A stretch of DNA of 64,000 bases from Promethearchaeota archaeon (GCA_048939245.1 JBHLPR010000003.1:1-64000); one strand, 5' to 3'; counted from the stretch's first letter, positions 46,023 to 56,864 are shown. A program made the numbers and translations. Notes: generated by a model from the sequence alone, not told the origin.

Positions 46023-46928
46023 ATGGCTATTGAAGGGGTTTCACCAGTCGTCAACACTTTCTTTGGGACAACAACAGACCCTTCATCAGCAGTTTTTGTG
46101 TTCATGGGAGTGCCATTTGATAAAACCAGTACTCACCGTCTTGGAGCAAAACACGGTCCTGCGGCAATCCGTACAGCCTCACAGGCGATTGAAAGTTTTT
46201 GTTTACAAGAACAAAATACTATTGATGCTGCTCTTCTCCCAATCGCTGATATCGGTGACGTCATATTTGGCCAGAACTCAGTCCAAAGCATGCTGCGTGC
46301 CGTAGAATCAGTAGTGGGACAAATCACTCAACAAGAAAAGACCCCACTTCTCCTTGGAGGCGAACACACCCTCACCCTCGCAGCAGTTCGCGCCTTACCA
46401 CGTGATATTATATTACTTCAATTTGATGCTCATATGGATTTACGCGACCGCTTCAATGACCAAGAGTTTTCTCATGCTTGCGTACAACGACGAATTGTCG
46501 AGCAACTGGGTCCTGATCATCTCATCCAAATCGGCGTAAGAGCTGTGTCTGAAGAGGAATACGATTATGCTCAGGAACACAATATTACATTTTACACCTG
46601 TGATGCGATTAGAAAGGAAGGGGCTGCTACAATAGCCCATCGAATTAATGAGGCAATTCCTCCCGGTCCACCGATATACCTTTCTATAGACATGGACGTC
46701 TTAGATCCAGCTTATGCTCCCGCAGTAGGGAACCCAGAAGCCGGAGGAATATCAACCTCCCAATTACTTACAATCCTCCGCGTTATCGCGCCACGTGCTA
46801 AGATTTTTGATATCTCTGAAATTACTCCTCAATACGATCAAGGTATCACCGCTATTGCTGCTGCTCGAATTATCACCACATTCCTTTGTGTTCAAGCCAA
46901 CCGTCTTAGCCAAGCTTCTTCGAAATGA
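46023..46928 (+). CDS. speB: Agmatinase
   Basis: GPAAIR, GGEHT, FDAHMD, SHAC, SIDMDVLDPAYAPAVGNPE. Confidence 0.9.
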   Translation: MAIEGVSPVVNTFFGTTTDPSSAVFVFMGVPFDKTSTHRLGAKHGPAAIRTASQAIESFCLQEQNTIDAALLPIADIGDVIFGQNSVQSMLRAVESVVGQITQQEKTPLLLGGEHTLTLAAVRALPRDIILLQFDAHMDLRDRFNDQEFSHACVQRRIVEQLGPDHLIQIGVRAVSEEEYDYAQEHNITFYTCDAIRKEGAATIAHRINEAIPPGPPIYLSIDMDVLDPAYAPAVGNPEAGGISTSQLLTILRVIAPRAKIFDISEITPQYDQGITAIAAARIITTFLCVQANRLSQASSK

Positions 46929-47034
46929 TATTTACTTTTAGCATACAGTTTTTTTATCTCATTAAATTTCAGTGGGGAAAAGCCTTAAAGTTCAAAACCA
47001 TAGGAGCAAACCAATCAAGAATGGGTGAAATTCG

Positions 47035-48048
47035 GTGTCAGATATTCTTGGTGTATTAGGTCAGCTAGGATCACAAGTAGATGAAAAAATGCTCGAACTT
47101 CTTGCTGTAGGTGCCTCAAAGGACTTCCAGGAGGTGGTCTTTCATCAGGTTCAAGCTGGCGGAAAACGTATTCGACCGGCCTTGACACTTCTATTTTGTC
47201 AAGCTGTAGGTGGGGATATTAATGATGCCTTATCTACAGCCGCGGCTATCGAATTAGTCCACAACTACTCACTGATCCTCGACGATATCATCGATGATGC
47301 TTACATACGACGAAATCTCCCCACGACATGGACCAAATACGGTCTCAACTTTGGTGTTTTAGCATCGACTCATTATCGGGAAGCCATTGAGGAAGGCGTG
47401 CTTCAATCTCCTAACCACTCAGCAATCTCACGAATTATCGCAGATACTATTCGCGAACTAGTCGAAGGCGAACGACTAGATGTTCTATTCGAACAACTAC
47501 CAAGCGAAGAAGAATATACGGAGAAACACCGCTATCGTGATGTCAGCTTAGATGATTATGAAACCATGATAGGATACAAAACAGCCTCATTAATCCGCGC
47601 CGCATGTGAAGTTGGAGTAATCTGTGCAGGAGGTTCAGAAAAACAACAAGAAGCTGCAAGAGAATTTGGCTGGAAGGCTGGCATCGCCTTTCAGCTAGCT
47701 GATGATGTACTCGATCTTTTTGCCGAAGAAATGAAACTTGGAAAAAAATTGGGTAAAGATATCTATGAACATAAACTGGGTAATGCTGTGATTTTGCGAG
47801 CTCTTCCTCTTCTGTCTCCTGATGACCGCGGCTTCGTTCTCAAGGTTCTTCGCTCTCCAAAACCTAATGAATCCGATGTTAAAGAAGTGATCAAACTCTT
47901 TAAACAAACTAAGGCTAGTGAACAAGTACGAGAACTAGCAAAACAGCTGGTTGAAGAAGCAAAAAAGGCACTCAAACATTTTCCAAATAAAGATGCAACC
48001 GCGTTACTTGAAAATCTAGTCGCCTTTATCTATCAACGCTCCTTCTAA
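47035..48048 (+). CDS. Polyprenyl (GGPP) diphosphate synthase
   Basis: GGKRIRP, DDIID..RR, KTA, FQLADDVLD. Confidence 0.9.
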   Translation: MSDILGVLGQLGSQVDEKMLELLAVGASKDFQEVVFHQVQAGGKRIRPALTLLFCQAVGGDINDALSTAAAIELVHNYSLILDDIIDDAYIRRNLPTTWTKYGLNFGVLASTHYREAIEEGVLQSPNHSAISRIIADTIRELVEGERLDVLFEQLPSEEEYTEKHRYRDVSLDDYETMIGYKTASLIRAACEVGVICAGGSEKQQEAAREFGWKAGIAFQLADDVLDLFAEEMKLGKKLGKDIYEHKLGNAVILRALPLLSPDDRGFVLKVLRSPKPNESDVKEVIKLFKQTKASEQVRELAKQLVEEAKKALKHFPNKDATALLENLVAFIYQRSF

Positions 48049-48064
48049 GGATTTGAAATGGGGG

Positions 48065-48973
48065 TTAATCCAATCCATCGGTTTCCATCAGTGCTCGAAG
48101 CTCTTGCATACTTAGTTTCTGTCCTGCTTGCTGCTTCGCCTTAGCTTGTTCAGCCATTTTTTCCATCACAACTTTCTCTCGTGCCTGGCGAGACGCTTTA
48201 CGTTTGTTTCGAATTGCATCCAATTGGGTTTTCAGTCTATTTTCTTGTCCTCGTAAGACCTCCAATCGGTCACGCATCTCATCTGCTTCTTGGAGGCATT
48301 TAACATACATTTGATGAGCCTCATCAATCTCTGTTCGAGCAGGACCAAGACCTTGCGATAGTTGAATGATGCTCTGATGAGTTTGTTGCGCCTCTTCCAC
48401 GAGGGCTATCATTTTTTCATGATGCTCTTGGGCTCTATCTCTAATTTCCTGTATCTCCTGCCATAGTTGGCTCATTTCATCTGTATAGTTTGATGTCATT
48501 GATTCTTGCGGAGAGGCAGTTTCCATTGCCTTCGATAACCGTTGCAATTCCTCTAAGAGGGCTCTTTCTTCATCTACCGTGAGTGAAGTGGTCTGTTGTT
48601 GCCATTCTAACTCTCGAAACTGCTGTTGCAAATCTTCCAATGGGATTAAATCACCCTGTTTTTCGCGCTGAGATTTTAATTTCTGTAGTTGTTCCTGTAA
48701 TTGGTGAGCCTGTTCATTGGCTTCATCTCGTAACGTTTTTTGCCGTTGAACTTCTGCATTCAATTCATCTCTTTTTGTTCGTTGATCGGACATTTCATTA
48801 TGGGCTACTGGGGTTTCAGATCGTAGCTCATCTCTTCTATCACGCCATTCCCAGGCTCTATTTCGAGCATCTTTAATTCCACGTAACAACACACGTATCG
48901 CTGCTTGCACTTTTCGAAGTTGATCCAGAATGATCCCAAATTCATCTTTTTCCGTCTCGGAATCCTTGGCCAT
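48065..48973 (-). CDS. Archaeal coiled-coil protein
   Basis: RDELN repeats, LEWQQQTTSL, GQKLSMQEL; start ATG 48973. Confidence 0.8.
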   Translation of the reverse strand: MAKDSETEKDEFGIILDQLRKVQAAIRVLLRGIKDARNRAWEWRDRRDELRSETPVAHNEMSDQRTKRDELNAEVQRQKTLRDEANEQAHQLQEQLQKLKSQREKQGDLIPLEDLQQQFRELEWQQQTTSLTVDEERALLEELQRLSKAMETASPQESMTSNYTDEMSQLWQEIQEIRDRAQEHHEKMIALVEEAQQTHQSIIQLSQGLGPARTEIDEAHQMYVKCLQEADEMRDRLEVLRGQENRLKTQLDAIRNKRKASRQAREKVVMEKMAEQAKAKQQAGQKLSMQELRALMETDGLD

Positions 48974-49106
48974 ATTATCCACATTAGTCTTGATTATATG
49001 CTGTAATGATTCTTGTAGCACAGGACTACTTTGCCTAAATCTTTTTGGTCTCAGAAATAAGTAGACCTGAAAAGGGGCTAATTCAATGACAATCCCTCTC
49101 TTAAAT

Positions 49107-50234
49107 ATGGACGACAAAATTCAACTCGTCAGACAGTATATGAACGACTTCAACATTGATGGCTGGCTTATAATTGATTTTAGAGGAACTGACCCAACGG
49201 GACCAGCATTGCTCGGAAATCTTGCTCCCCATTCGCGCTTATATGCAATTCTCATCACGGCTTCCGGTCCTATTACCATAATCAAATCTCCTGTCGAAGG
49301 GAACGAATTAATCGATCTCCACCCCTCGATCAACACCATTGACACCCTGACCCAAACAGCTTTCATGCAGGCTATCCGACAACAGGTCAAAGGCTTTGAA
49401 CGTATTGCATTGAACTGTGGTAAGAATCCTCAAACAGATGTCTTACCCGCAGGTAGATTCATCCACCTTCAACAAGTGCTACCTAAAATGAATTGGGAAA
49501 CCGGAGAAAACTTGATGCAAATAATCCATTCAGTGCTTACGCCAGCGCAAATGGAAAGTCACAAACATGCCGCTCATACACTCACCAATATTATGGGACA
49601 AACATTCGATTTCATCAAAGATCGAATCGGTTCTATTACAGAAGCCCAGGTTGCTAATTACATGCATGACCTTCTCCGAAAAGAAAAATTAACCTTCCTT
49701 GAAGGACCAATGGTTGCAGTGCAAGCTAATGCTGCGAATCCACATTACACTCCGGGAAATGTTAGGATTAGGAAGAACCAGATACTAATGATTGATCTTT
49801 GGGCAAAATGGGACATATATGCTGATATCACACACATGGCTTTTACCGGATCGAAAGTTCCCACCAAGATTCAGACTGTCTGGGATACAGTCCTTGAAGC
49901 TCGAAATACAGCAACAGCAGCTATTAAACCAAATATTCCTGCCAGTATTCCCGATGAGCTGGCTCGTGAAGTCATTATCGCCGCAGGGTTCGAAAAAGAG
50001 ATACTACATCGAACAGGACATAGTATCGATACTAGATCTCATGGTCAAGGAGCAAATTTAGACAGCTATGAAATGCCCGAAACACGTCTTTTACTCCCCA
50101 ATACACTCACATCCGTTGAACCTGGAATCTATCTAAAAGGACGGTTTGGAATTCGAAGTGAAATCAACGTTGCAGTCACAGATACAGGGCACCTTGTTAC
50201 AACTCCCCCACAAGAAAACTTATTGTGCTTGTAA
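49107..50234 (+). CDS. M24 Xaa-Pro peptidase
   Basis: ANPHY, YADIT, HRTGHSI, SVEPGIY, GIRSE. Confidence 0.9.
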   Translation: MDDKIQLVRQYMNDFNIDGWLIIDFRGTDPTGPALLGNLAPHSRLYAILITASGPITIIKSPVEGNELIDLHPSINTIDTLTQTAFMQAIRQQVKGFERIALNCGKNPQTDVLPAGRFIHLQQVLPKMNWETGENLMQIIHSVLTPAQMESHKHAAHTLTNIMGQTFDFIKDRIGSITEAQVANYMHDLLRKEKLTFLEGPMVAVQANAANPHYTPGNVRIRKNQILMIDLWAKWDIYADITHMAFTGSKVPTKIQTVWDTVLEARNTATAAIKPNIPASIPDELAREVIIAAGFEKEILHRTGHSIDTRSHGQGANLDSYEMPETRLLLPNTLTSVEPGIYLKGRFGIRSEINVAVTDTGHLVTTPPQENLLCL

Positions 50235-50292
50235 TATAATATGGGAACGTTAGTTGCTATTCAAATAATAGCATCCGGCGGGATGATGTATC

Positions 50293-51084
50293 ATGGCGGA
50301 TAAATTTGTTTTATTGCTCGAGTTTTCTTCGGGAATCATCGAACCCCTTCCCCTTTCGGTTGGAGCCCTCACAGAAGATCGAATTGTGATAGTGATTGAT
50401 GAAATCAAAGAACGTGTCTGGTTATGGCAAGGGACTACAACCACTCTTGTCGAACGCCGAGCAGCACAACGTAAAGCACGCTCGCTTGTCAGTGCGGGAT
50501 ACCAACTTGGTCCATATCGAATTGGACGGGATGTAACCGATATCGAAATTATCGATGGTGATATTCTTGATGACCCTGAAATAAAAGGGTACTACGACCA
50601 ATTAGTTCATACTCTAAGCCAAAATTTTAAAATCACCGAAGGTGTCCTTGGCAGGTTCAGTGGAACCCTCTCTCCTGCTCCACAACCAACAGAAGGCGTG
50701 TCTGCGCCAACACCGAAACCCGCATCAACACCTACACCCATAGAAAAAAGTGTTCCAGCTCAAGAAGAGGTAATAAAAGTCGCTCCTGCTGCATCAACGA
50801 CGGAAGTTGTTGCTCCGAAGCCGACTCGTGAATTACAGGATCTTGGGGTGATTCGGGTCGGAATTCTCATCTCTTCCATTCTCGACTTCTTCCCCATGTG
50901 TTATGTTAGTGCCACTAAAATCGAGGATGGTACACGCTATTCAATAGAAGACCCTGAAGGCATCATCTGTCAAATTGAAGTGGCTAACGGTTCGGTTCAT
51001 TTTCTCCAACGGTATGATTTTCGTGGAAGGCGCAAAGACATTCTTGGGATGCTCCGTGACCGATTAGCTGCCGCAGATCTTTAG
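50293..51084 (+). CDS. Gelsolin-like domain protein (1 domain, Pro-rich linker, C-terminal domain)
   Basis: LTEDRIVIVIDE..RVWLWQG....VERRAAQRKARSL. Confidence 0.7.
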   Translation: MADKFVLLLEFSSGIIEPLPLSVGALTEDRIVIVIDEIKERVWLWQGTTTTLVERRAAQRKARSLVSAGYQLGPYRIGRDVTDIEIIDGDILDDPEIKGYYDQLVHTLSQNFKITEGVLGRFSGTLSPAPQPTEGVSAPTPKPASTPTPIEKSVPAQEEVIKVAPAASTTEVVAPKPTRELQDLGVIRVGILISSILDFFPMCYVSATKIEDGTRYSIEDPEGIICQIEVANGSVHFLQRYDFRGRRKDILGMLRDRLAAADL

Positions 51085-51299
51085 CACATCCCTCTCAAAG
51101 GAAAATTTTTGCAGGAACTGTATTCAATACAACACGCAATTCAAGCACAGGGTCAACTTAATAAATACGGTAACAAATTCTAAACCGACCCTTGACACAA
51201 AATACACTCTGCAGGTACCGAGCTAGTAATTCGGGGGTCAAAATTCCTCAAAGTAAGCAGCGCTTCGAACCCTTTTGGGTCAATCGGGATGTTATAAAC

Positions 51300-52031
51300 A
51301 TGACACGAATTATAATGTTGGAAATTGGAGGTCTAGGCTTTGTTCGATCTATTCGTCCTGGAGCTCGGAAGCTCCAGGGTGATGTCTGTGTCGCAGTGGT
51401 AGATGAACAAAATAAAGCCCTTTGGTTTTGGATGGGGAGCGGTGTTCAATACGATAAACGCCGGACAGCGAAGGCAAAAGCTGAACAAATCACTTCGGAA
51501 GGGCATCGAATCGGGGATGAACATCTAGCTCGTGGATATACTCTTGTTCCCATAGACCAAGATAAGCTCGAGGACCCCACAACCTCCAATAACTACAATA
51601 ACCTTATTGCACTCCTTGAAGCACCAATGGAAATCAATACGGTTGCTAATCCTAAAGGAACGCTAATCATAGGGCAACTTCAAGTAGGTATTTCATCTGC
51701 TCCTGTATCCACAAGTACTCAAGCGCCTGCAGAAACTGCTCCCTCTCAAGTAAGTATTACTCCAGGGAAACCTGCTGTTCCAGCCACCACTAAAAAAACC
51801 ACTAAATTAGATTTGGAAGCCGCTTTGATGGCTGTTATTCGTGTTCATCAACAGGTGCACATCGAGTATAAAAGCAAGGATGATACTGAAGAAATTACCA
51901 TCGAAGGTATTGATGGGCTTACTCACAAAATGAAACGGAGCAAAGGAAAACTCACCTTCAAATGGGATTCAAAAACTCCGAAAGAGCTCAAACAATTGGT
52001 TGCCCATGAGCTCAAACGCATCGCAGGCTAA
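51300..52031 (+). CDS. Gelsolin-like domain protein
   Basis: LQGDVCVAVVDE..ALWFWMGSG...KRRTAKAKAEQI; start ATG 51300. Confidence 0.65.
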   Translation: MTRIIMLEIGGLGFVRSIRPGARKLQGDVCVAVVDEQNKALWFWMGSGVQYDKRRTAKAKAEQITSEGHRIGDEHLARGYTLVPIDQDKLEDPTTSNNYNNLIALLEAPMEINTVANPKGTLIIGQLQVGISSAPVSTSTQAPAETAPSQVSITPGKPAVPATTKKTTKLDLEAALMAVIRVHQQVHIEYKSKDDTEEITIEGIDGLTHKMKRSKGKLTFKWDSKTPKELKQLVAHELKRIAG

Positions 52032-52058
52032 TGCAGCATTGATTAAAGGCATGAAATA

Positions 52059-52631
52059 ATGAGCTCTCTTCTTTTTGCCTTGCTATTAATTGCTTCATAT
52101 TCCCTCGTCGGGGGAGCTATCAAAGTACTGGACCAACTAACAGATCATCCAGAATCTTATCAAAGTCGCCACATCTATCTGTGGTTGCTAACAGTTATTC
52201 TAGTTATTCTAGTCAATATCTGTGTCTTCCTTGATGTCTATACTGCTGTCCTAGCAATTGGAGTAATCTTAGGATTAATTGTGACACACAAAGTCGATAA
52301 CAGATATTTCGTCGTTTTAACAATCACCATATTACCTCTAAGTATACTTCGGGTCTTAGGATTCGCATTTACTTCGTTCATTCTCCTAACTCTCCTCGCA
52401 GTTTTTATTGCCTCACTCTTTGATGAATTATTACACGAAAAAGCATCAAAGGTTTCAACCACTGCCTTACACACTCTTCTAACGTATCGCCCTATCTTGA
52501 AAATCTTGGTGTTAATCCTTCCTTTCTGGAATTTATTAACCTTCATTCACACTTTAGGATTCTGGGGGTTTGATTTTGCATATGAATTGGTTGCATACTA
52601 CTTTCGCGCCTCTTCCCTTCCAGAAGCTTAA
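52059..52631 (+). CDS. Hypothetical membrane protein
   Basis: ~6 TM, K.LD, KVDN, DE..HE polar motifs. Confidence 0.7.
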   Translation: MSSLLFALLLIASYSLVGGAIKVLDQLTDHPESYQSRHIYLWLLTVILVILVNICVFLDVYTAVLAIGVILGLIVTHKVDNRYFVVLTITILPLSILRVLGFAFTSFILLTLLAVFIASLFDELLHEKASKVSTTALHTLLTYRPILKILVLILPFWNLLTFIHTLGFWGFDFAYELVAYYFRASSLPEA

Positions 52632-52733
52632 GTTCACATAGATTAAACCTCCAAATCGAGTCCTTCTCTCCTGGTTTGGAAAGGTTTAAGTCGGCTCAAT
52701 TGCCAAAGAAACACACAAAGGTGAGGCTAAACC

Positions 52734-52976
52734 ATGAAAGCAAATATCTCGCTTTCCTATAGGGGATCAAGTCGTGAAGAGAATGCAACTAAGACTGGCT
52801 GGATTAATTTACTACTAAACCAACATGGACGGATAATTAGTAAATTACCTCTGGGGGAAGGACGATATCATTTTGTCATTGAACTCGAGGACTTGGAACG
52901 ATTTACCCAGTCCCTTTTTGAGTTCACACGGCAAAATCCTTGGCTACGTGTAGAAAAAGTCTCAACTCACGCTTGA
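52734..52976 (+). CDS. Small ACT/ferredoxin-like fold protein
   Basis: 80 aa, AGGTGAGG SD upstream, alternating beta/alpha pattern. Confidence 0.55.
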   Translation: MKANISLSYRGSSREENATKTGWINLLLNQHGRIISKLPLGEGRYHFVIELEDLERFTQSLFEFTRQNPWLRVEKVSTHA

Positions 52977-52991
52977 GACCCTACAGGATTT

Positions 52992-54398
52992 TCAACCGAG
53001 AATGAACCGTTGACCAATTCTAGGGGCTATTGCAGGGCATCTAAGAAGACCTTTGGCAGTATTTGCTAGACTCTTACAGGCTCCAGGACTCCCATGAATA
53101 CAAAACACGGTTTGTGGAGGATTTCGCCGAAGGGAAGCAAGAAATTCCTTTAATTCATTCTTATCCGCGTGAGCTGAAAACCCGTACAAACGTTCAACTT
53201 GCGTCTTTACCCTTTTTTTGCGTCCATATATTGTTACAGTTCTAGCACCGCGAACTATCTGCTGACCCAGAGTTCTAGGGGCTTGAAAGCCGATTACCAG
53301 TAAGTGGGTGTTTTTGTTTTCGATGCGACGATAAAGGTGCCTAAGGATGCGTCCTCCGTTCATCATTCCCGAACCTGCAACAATCATGATTGGTCCTTGT
53401 TGCTGGCTAAGCTGGTCGCTTTCATATTGGCGTTCCACAAACTGGAGACCTTTAAACTCCAGAGGGGCGTCACCAGATTGTATCAAATCCCAGGTTTCTT
53501 CATCAAAACATTCTCTATGGTGTGTGAAAATCTCTGTGGCCCTAATAGCTAAGGGGGAATCAATAGCAACTGGAATAACTGGGACACGAGCATTTTCTAC
53601 AAGTAAGTTGAGTGCATAGATGAGCGCTTGGGTCCGGCCAATAGCAAAAGCGGGAACCAAAATGTGGCTTCGATGACGATACGCTTTTACAATAATTCGC
53701 TCAAAACGTCTAATGGTTTTTGAAAAAGGTTCATGAGTACGATTAGCATATGTCGATTCGCATAGAAGGTAGGTCGCACTATCAGGAAAATCCGGATCTC
53801 GAATTATTGGTGCATTCTTCCGTCCAATATCTCCCGAATCAACAAGATGGATAATTTTTCCTCGCTCTTCTGCCCACACTTCAATAATGGATGATCCCAG
53901 TATGTGTCCGGCATCTCGAAATCGGAGCGTCACATTTCCTGGAAGACTCTTCTTTTCACCATATTTCAGAATACGCAATTTGTTGATAGTTCGTTCTACA
54001 TCTCGAATTGTAAATAATGGCTCAATTGAAGGATGATGGTTGCTCTTCGACTCGCTCTGATGAATTCTGGCTCTGGCAGCATCTTCTTCCTCGCTTTCTG
54101 CAACATCTTGAAGAAGCATTGAGCAAAGCTCCGCGGTCGCTGCAGTCACATAGATCGGTCCTTGAAAACCTAATCGAACAAGAATTGGTAAGCGACCGCA
54201 ATGATCGAGGTGTGCATGGGATAGAATTACAAAATCAATTTCAGATGGATCGAATTCAAAGGAACTGTTCCGTTGGTATTGTTTTGCTGGGTTACCTTGG
54301 AAGAGTCCACAATCAATAAGAAACGAAGTTGATTTTGTCTTAATGTGGTAAAGACTCCCAGTTACAGTCTGTCCAGCCCCATGAATCACTAGTTCCAA
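52992..54398 (-). CDS. MBL-fold beta-CASP ribonuclease
   Basis: DCGLFQG, SHAHLDHCG, AGHILGS, ESTY, PAFAIGR, GFSAHAD, HG. Confidence 0.9.
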   Translation of the reverse strand: MELVIHGAGQTVTGSLYHIKTKSTSFLIDCGLFQGNPAKQYQRNSSFEFDPSEIDFVILSHAHLDHCGRLPILVRLGFQGPIYVTAATAELCSMLLQDVAESEEEDAARARIHQSESKSNHHPSIEPLFTIRDVERTINKLRILKYGEKKSLPGNVTLRFRDAGHILGSSIIEVWAEERGKIIHLVDSGDIGRKNAPIIRDPDFPDSATYLLCESTYANRTHEPFSKTIRRFERIIVKAYRHRSHILVPAFAIGRTQALIYALNLLVENARVPVIPVAIDSPLAIRATEIFTHHRECFDEETWDLIQSGDAPLEFKGLQFVERQYESDQLSQQQGPIMIVAGSGMMNGGRILRHLYRRIENKNTHLLVIGFQAPRTLGQQIVRGARTVTIYGRKKRVKTQVERLYGFSAHADKNELKEFLASLRRNPPQTVFCIHGSPGACKSLANTAKGLLRCPAIAPRIGQRFILG

Positions 54399-54440
54399 GA
54401 TATCTGGCTCCTCTCAGGTGTAGTAGATAGTACTGAGAAA

Positions 54441-55382
54441 TTAGCCAAAAAGGTCAAACTCAGAGGATCCACCATTGTTGCCATTCTCTTCTTCATTATC
54501 CACAGCTTCTTCCCTTTCTTCTTGTTCTTCTTCTTTGGTCTCATCATTTTCTTTGGGAGGATTCTGGCTAATCTTGGATAGTTGTTCACGCATGGATTCC
54601 ATCACAGAAACCGGTTTGTCCTCAGTGGAAGGAGTAACCCCCCTTTCCAGCTGAGTGGATGCAATGAATATCTGTCCTTCCGCTGCCAGTTGAGGTTGTT
54701 GACCGAAGCATCGAGAAAACGCCTCGATATCTTCTTGAGCTTCTGCTCGAATCTCTGAGAAAAGGATAGCATCTCCTTGACAGAAAAACCGCATTTGTAA
54801 ACGTATAACTGAAACCTGAAATTCATTGGGGCCAATTGGGTTCATAGTGGCCTGTCCGTAACAGTCAGCTACAGCGAAAAGAACCTTAGTTGCTAGTTGT
54901 TCCTCATAGGTTAGTATCCGGCGACGAATTGGAGTTACTTTCCGCACAGGTTCAGGCATAATTGTCTGCTCAATAACCTCAACCTTATCTTTGAAGGCTT
55001 CTTCAAATGTTGATATCTTCTCTTCTTCTTTAACAACAACCAGATACTCTGAAGTCTTCTGATGGGTATCAAGAAGCTTCTGAAGAAGAGTGGCTTTTGG
55101 GCTTTTTAGTTCCCCCGGAACTTCAATGAAGGTCGTACATTTTGTGCCAAAGTGCGTGTCTTCGACACGGGTTCCATTCTTCATTATAAATCGCGCTTGA
55201 CGAAGAGCTGTTGTACGTTGTAGCATTGAAGTTCCTCGTCCGAGCCACACCCAAACGATACCCTCTGGTTCATCGACAATAAGGATAGATCTTCCATCGA
55301 CGAGGTGGTTAGGATTCCAGTGGAGCGCTTGCATTTCGCCTCCTTCACCTAGGATTTCAATCATCCCAATGAATTGTTTCAT
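54441..55382 (-). CDS. Gelsolin-like domain protein with acidic C-terminal tail
   Basis: LVDGRSILIVDE..IVWVWLGRG....QRTTALRQARFI; tail EEEQEEREE...EFDLFG. Confidence 0.65.
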   Translation of the reverse strand: MKQFIGMIEILGEGGEMQALHWNPNHLVDGRSILIVDEPEGIVWVWLGRGTSMLQRTTALRQARFIMKNGTRVEDTHFGTKCTTFIEVPGELKSPKATLLQKLLDTHQKTSEYLVVVKEEEKISTFEEAFKDKVEVIEQTIMPEPVRKVTPIRRRILTYEEQLATKVLFAVADCYGQATMNPIGPNEFQVSVIRLQMRFFCQGDAILFSEIRAEAQEDIEAFSRCFGQQPQLAAEGQIFIASTQLERGVTPSTEDKPVSVMESMREQLSKISQNPPKENDETKEEEQEEREEAVDNEEENGNNGGSSEFDLFG

Positions 55383-55479
55383 TTCTCGTATCACCGGAAG
55401 AAAATATCACGCTTATGCAGCCACACATGGTGAACCTTCACTACATATCAGGGAACGAGGTCTATAAGAAATTGTTGTG

Positions 55480-56760
55480 TCACGCTTTTTTCTTTCGAAC
55501 CTCAGCAAGGATTTCTTGGGCTCGATCAAATCGAACACGTTTTTCAGCAATCATCTGCTTTGCAACTTGGTCAACTTCTTCACCCGCGGCTCCGGCTGCT
55601 ACTGCCACATTTCGGGCATGAAGTTTCATGTGTCCAGTTTGAATTCCTTCTTGACTTAGCGCTCGTAAAGCCGCAAGGTTTTGTGCTAATCCCACACTAG
55701 CAATAATCTGTGCGAGTTCAGTTGCTTTTTTCACACCTAATATTTTTACACAAAGCTTGGCTATTGGGTGGGTTCTGGTCGCTCCACCCACTAATCCAAC
55801 TGCCATTGGCAACTCGATGGTTCCCCGTAAATCACCTTCTGGCGTTTTATTGTACTGGGTAAGCGATTGATAACCTCCCTCTCGTGTTGCGGCGTAGGTA
55901 TGGGCTCCCGCTTCAATAGCTCGGAAATCTTGACCAGTGGATAACAAGACGGCATCGATTCCATTCATGATGCCCTTATTATGAGTGGCACATCTGTAGG
56001 GGTCAGCCTGGGCAAAAGCGTAAGCCTTCAGGATCCCATCAACCCCCTTCGAACCGCCAAGAGTCTTGGCGGGGAATATTGCTTCGGCTTTCGCAAGTCG
56101 ATAGACGGCTAGATTGGACAAAATTCGAAGGTAGACCTTCCCCTTTGTGAGCTCCTCGATTATGGGCGCTAATGCTTCACACATCGTATTCACTGCATTT
56201 GCCCCCATCGCGTCGCGCGTATCAACCAATAGATGAATAATAAGCATAGGGCCCATCATCGATTCCAAAGTTCGTAACTGTAAATCCAGTGCGCCTCCCC
56301 CAAATTTCACTAAGATAGGATCTTGTCTATTTGCCACCATTAACAAATTCTCTTTCTGTTTAAGAATCGCTTGTTTAGCAACTTTCACATCGGGTAAGTC
56401 GGCGACTTGGATTTGTCCTATCATCACTGGATCCGTGGTTCTTGCTGTAAATCCTCCAGTTTTACGCGCCATTCGTGCAGCATTTGATGCTGCCGCAACA
56501 ACGGATGGTTCTTCCAATGCCATTGGTATGAGGTAGTCTTTTCCATTTATCTGGAAATTTGTCGCTATGCCCAAGGGAAACGCGTAGGAACCCACTACGT
56601 TCTCAATCATCCGATCAGCGGTAGCTGCGTCTAGGCCACCAAAGGCCTTTAACAGAGCCACTTCCTCATCCGAAAGATCTGCAAAGGTACGAAGCTTTTC
56701 AAGCCGTTCTTGGATGGAGAGACGGTAGAATCCACTAATAGCGGAGGTTTTTTTTGACAC
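55480..56760 (-). CDS. mvaA: HMG-CoA reductase, class II
   Basis: ENVVG, EEPSVVAAAS, DAMGAN, THNKGIMNG, GIQTGHMKLH. Confidence 0.92.
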   Translation of the reverse strand: MSKKTSAISGFYRLSIQERLEKLRTFADLSDEEVALLKAFGGLDAATADRMIENVVGSYAFPLGIATNFQINGKDYLIPMALEEPSVVAAASNAARMARKTGGFTARTTDPVMIGQIQVADLPDVKVAKQAILKQKENLLMVANRQDPILVKFGGGALDLQLRTLESMMGPMLIIHLLVDTRDAMGANAVNTMCEALAPIIEELTKGKVYLRILSNLAVYRLAKAEAIFPAKTLGGSKGVDGILKAYAFAQADPYRCATHNKGIMNGIDAVLLSTGQDFRAIEAGAHTYAATREGGYQSLTQYNKTPEGDLRGTIELPMAVGLVGGATRTHPIAKLCVKILGVKKATELAQIIASVGLAQNLAALRALSQEGIQTGHMKLHARNVAVAAGAAGEEVDQVAKQMIAEKRVRFDRAQEILAEVRKKKA

Positions 56761-56864
56761 GATATTCACTTCATCGTGTCTCTGCTATGGGTTGACTTAT
56801 CAAACTTTCTTCCTGTGCTACAGAATCAACTTATTCAGAGAATGTCGATGAACGAGAAAGGTTT

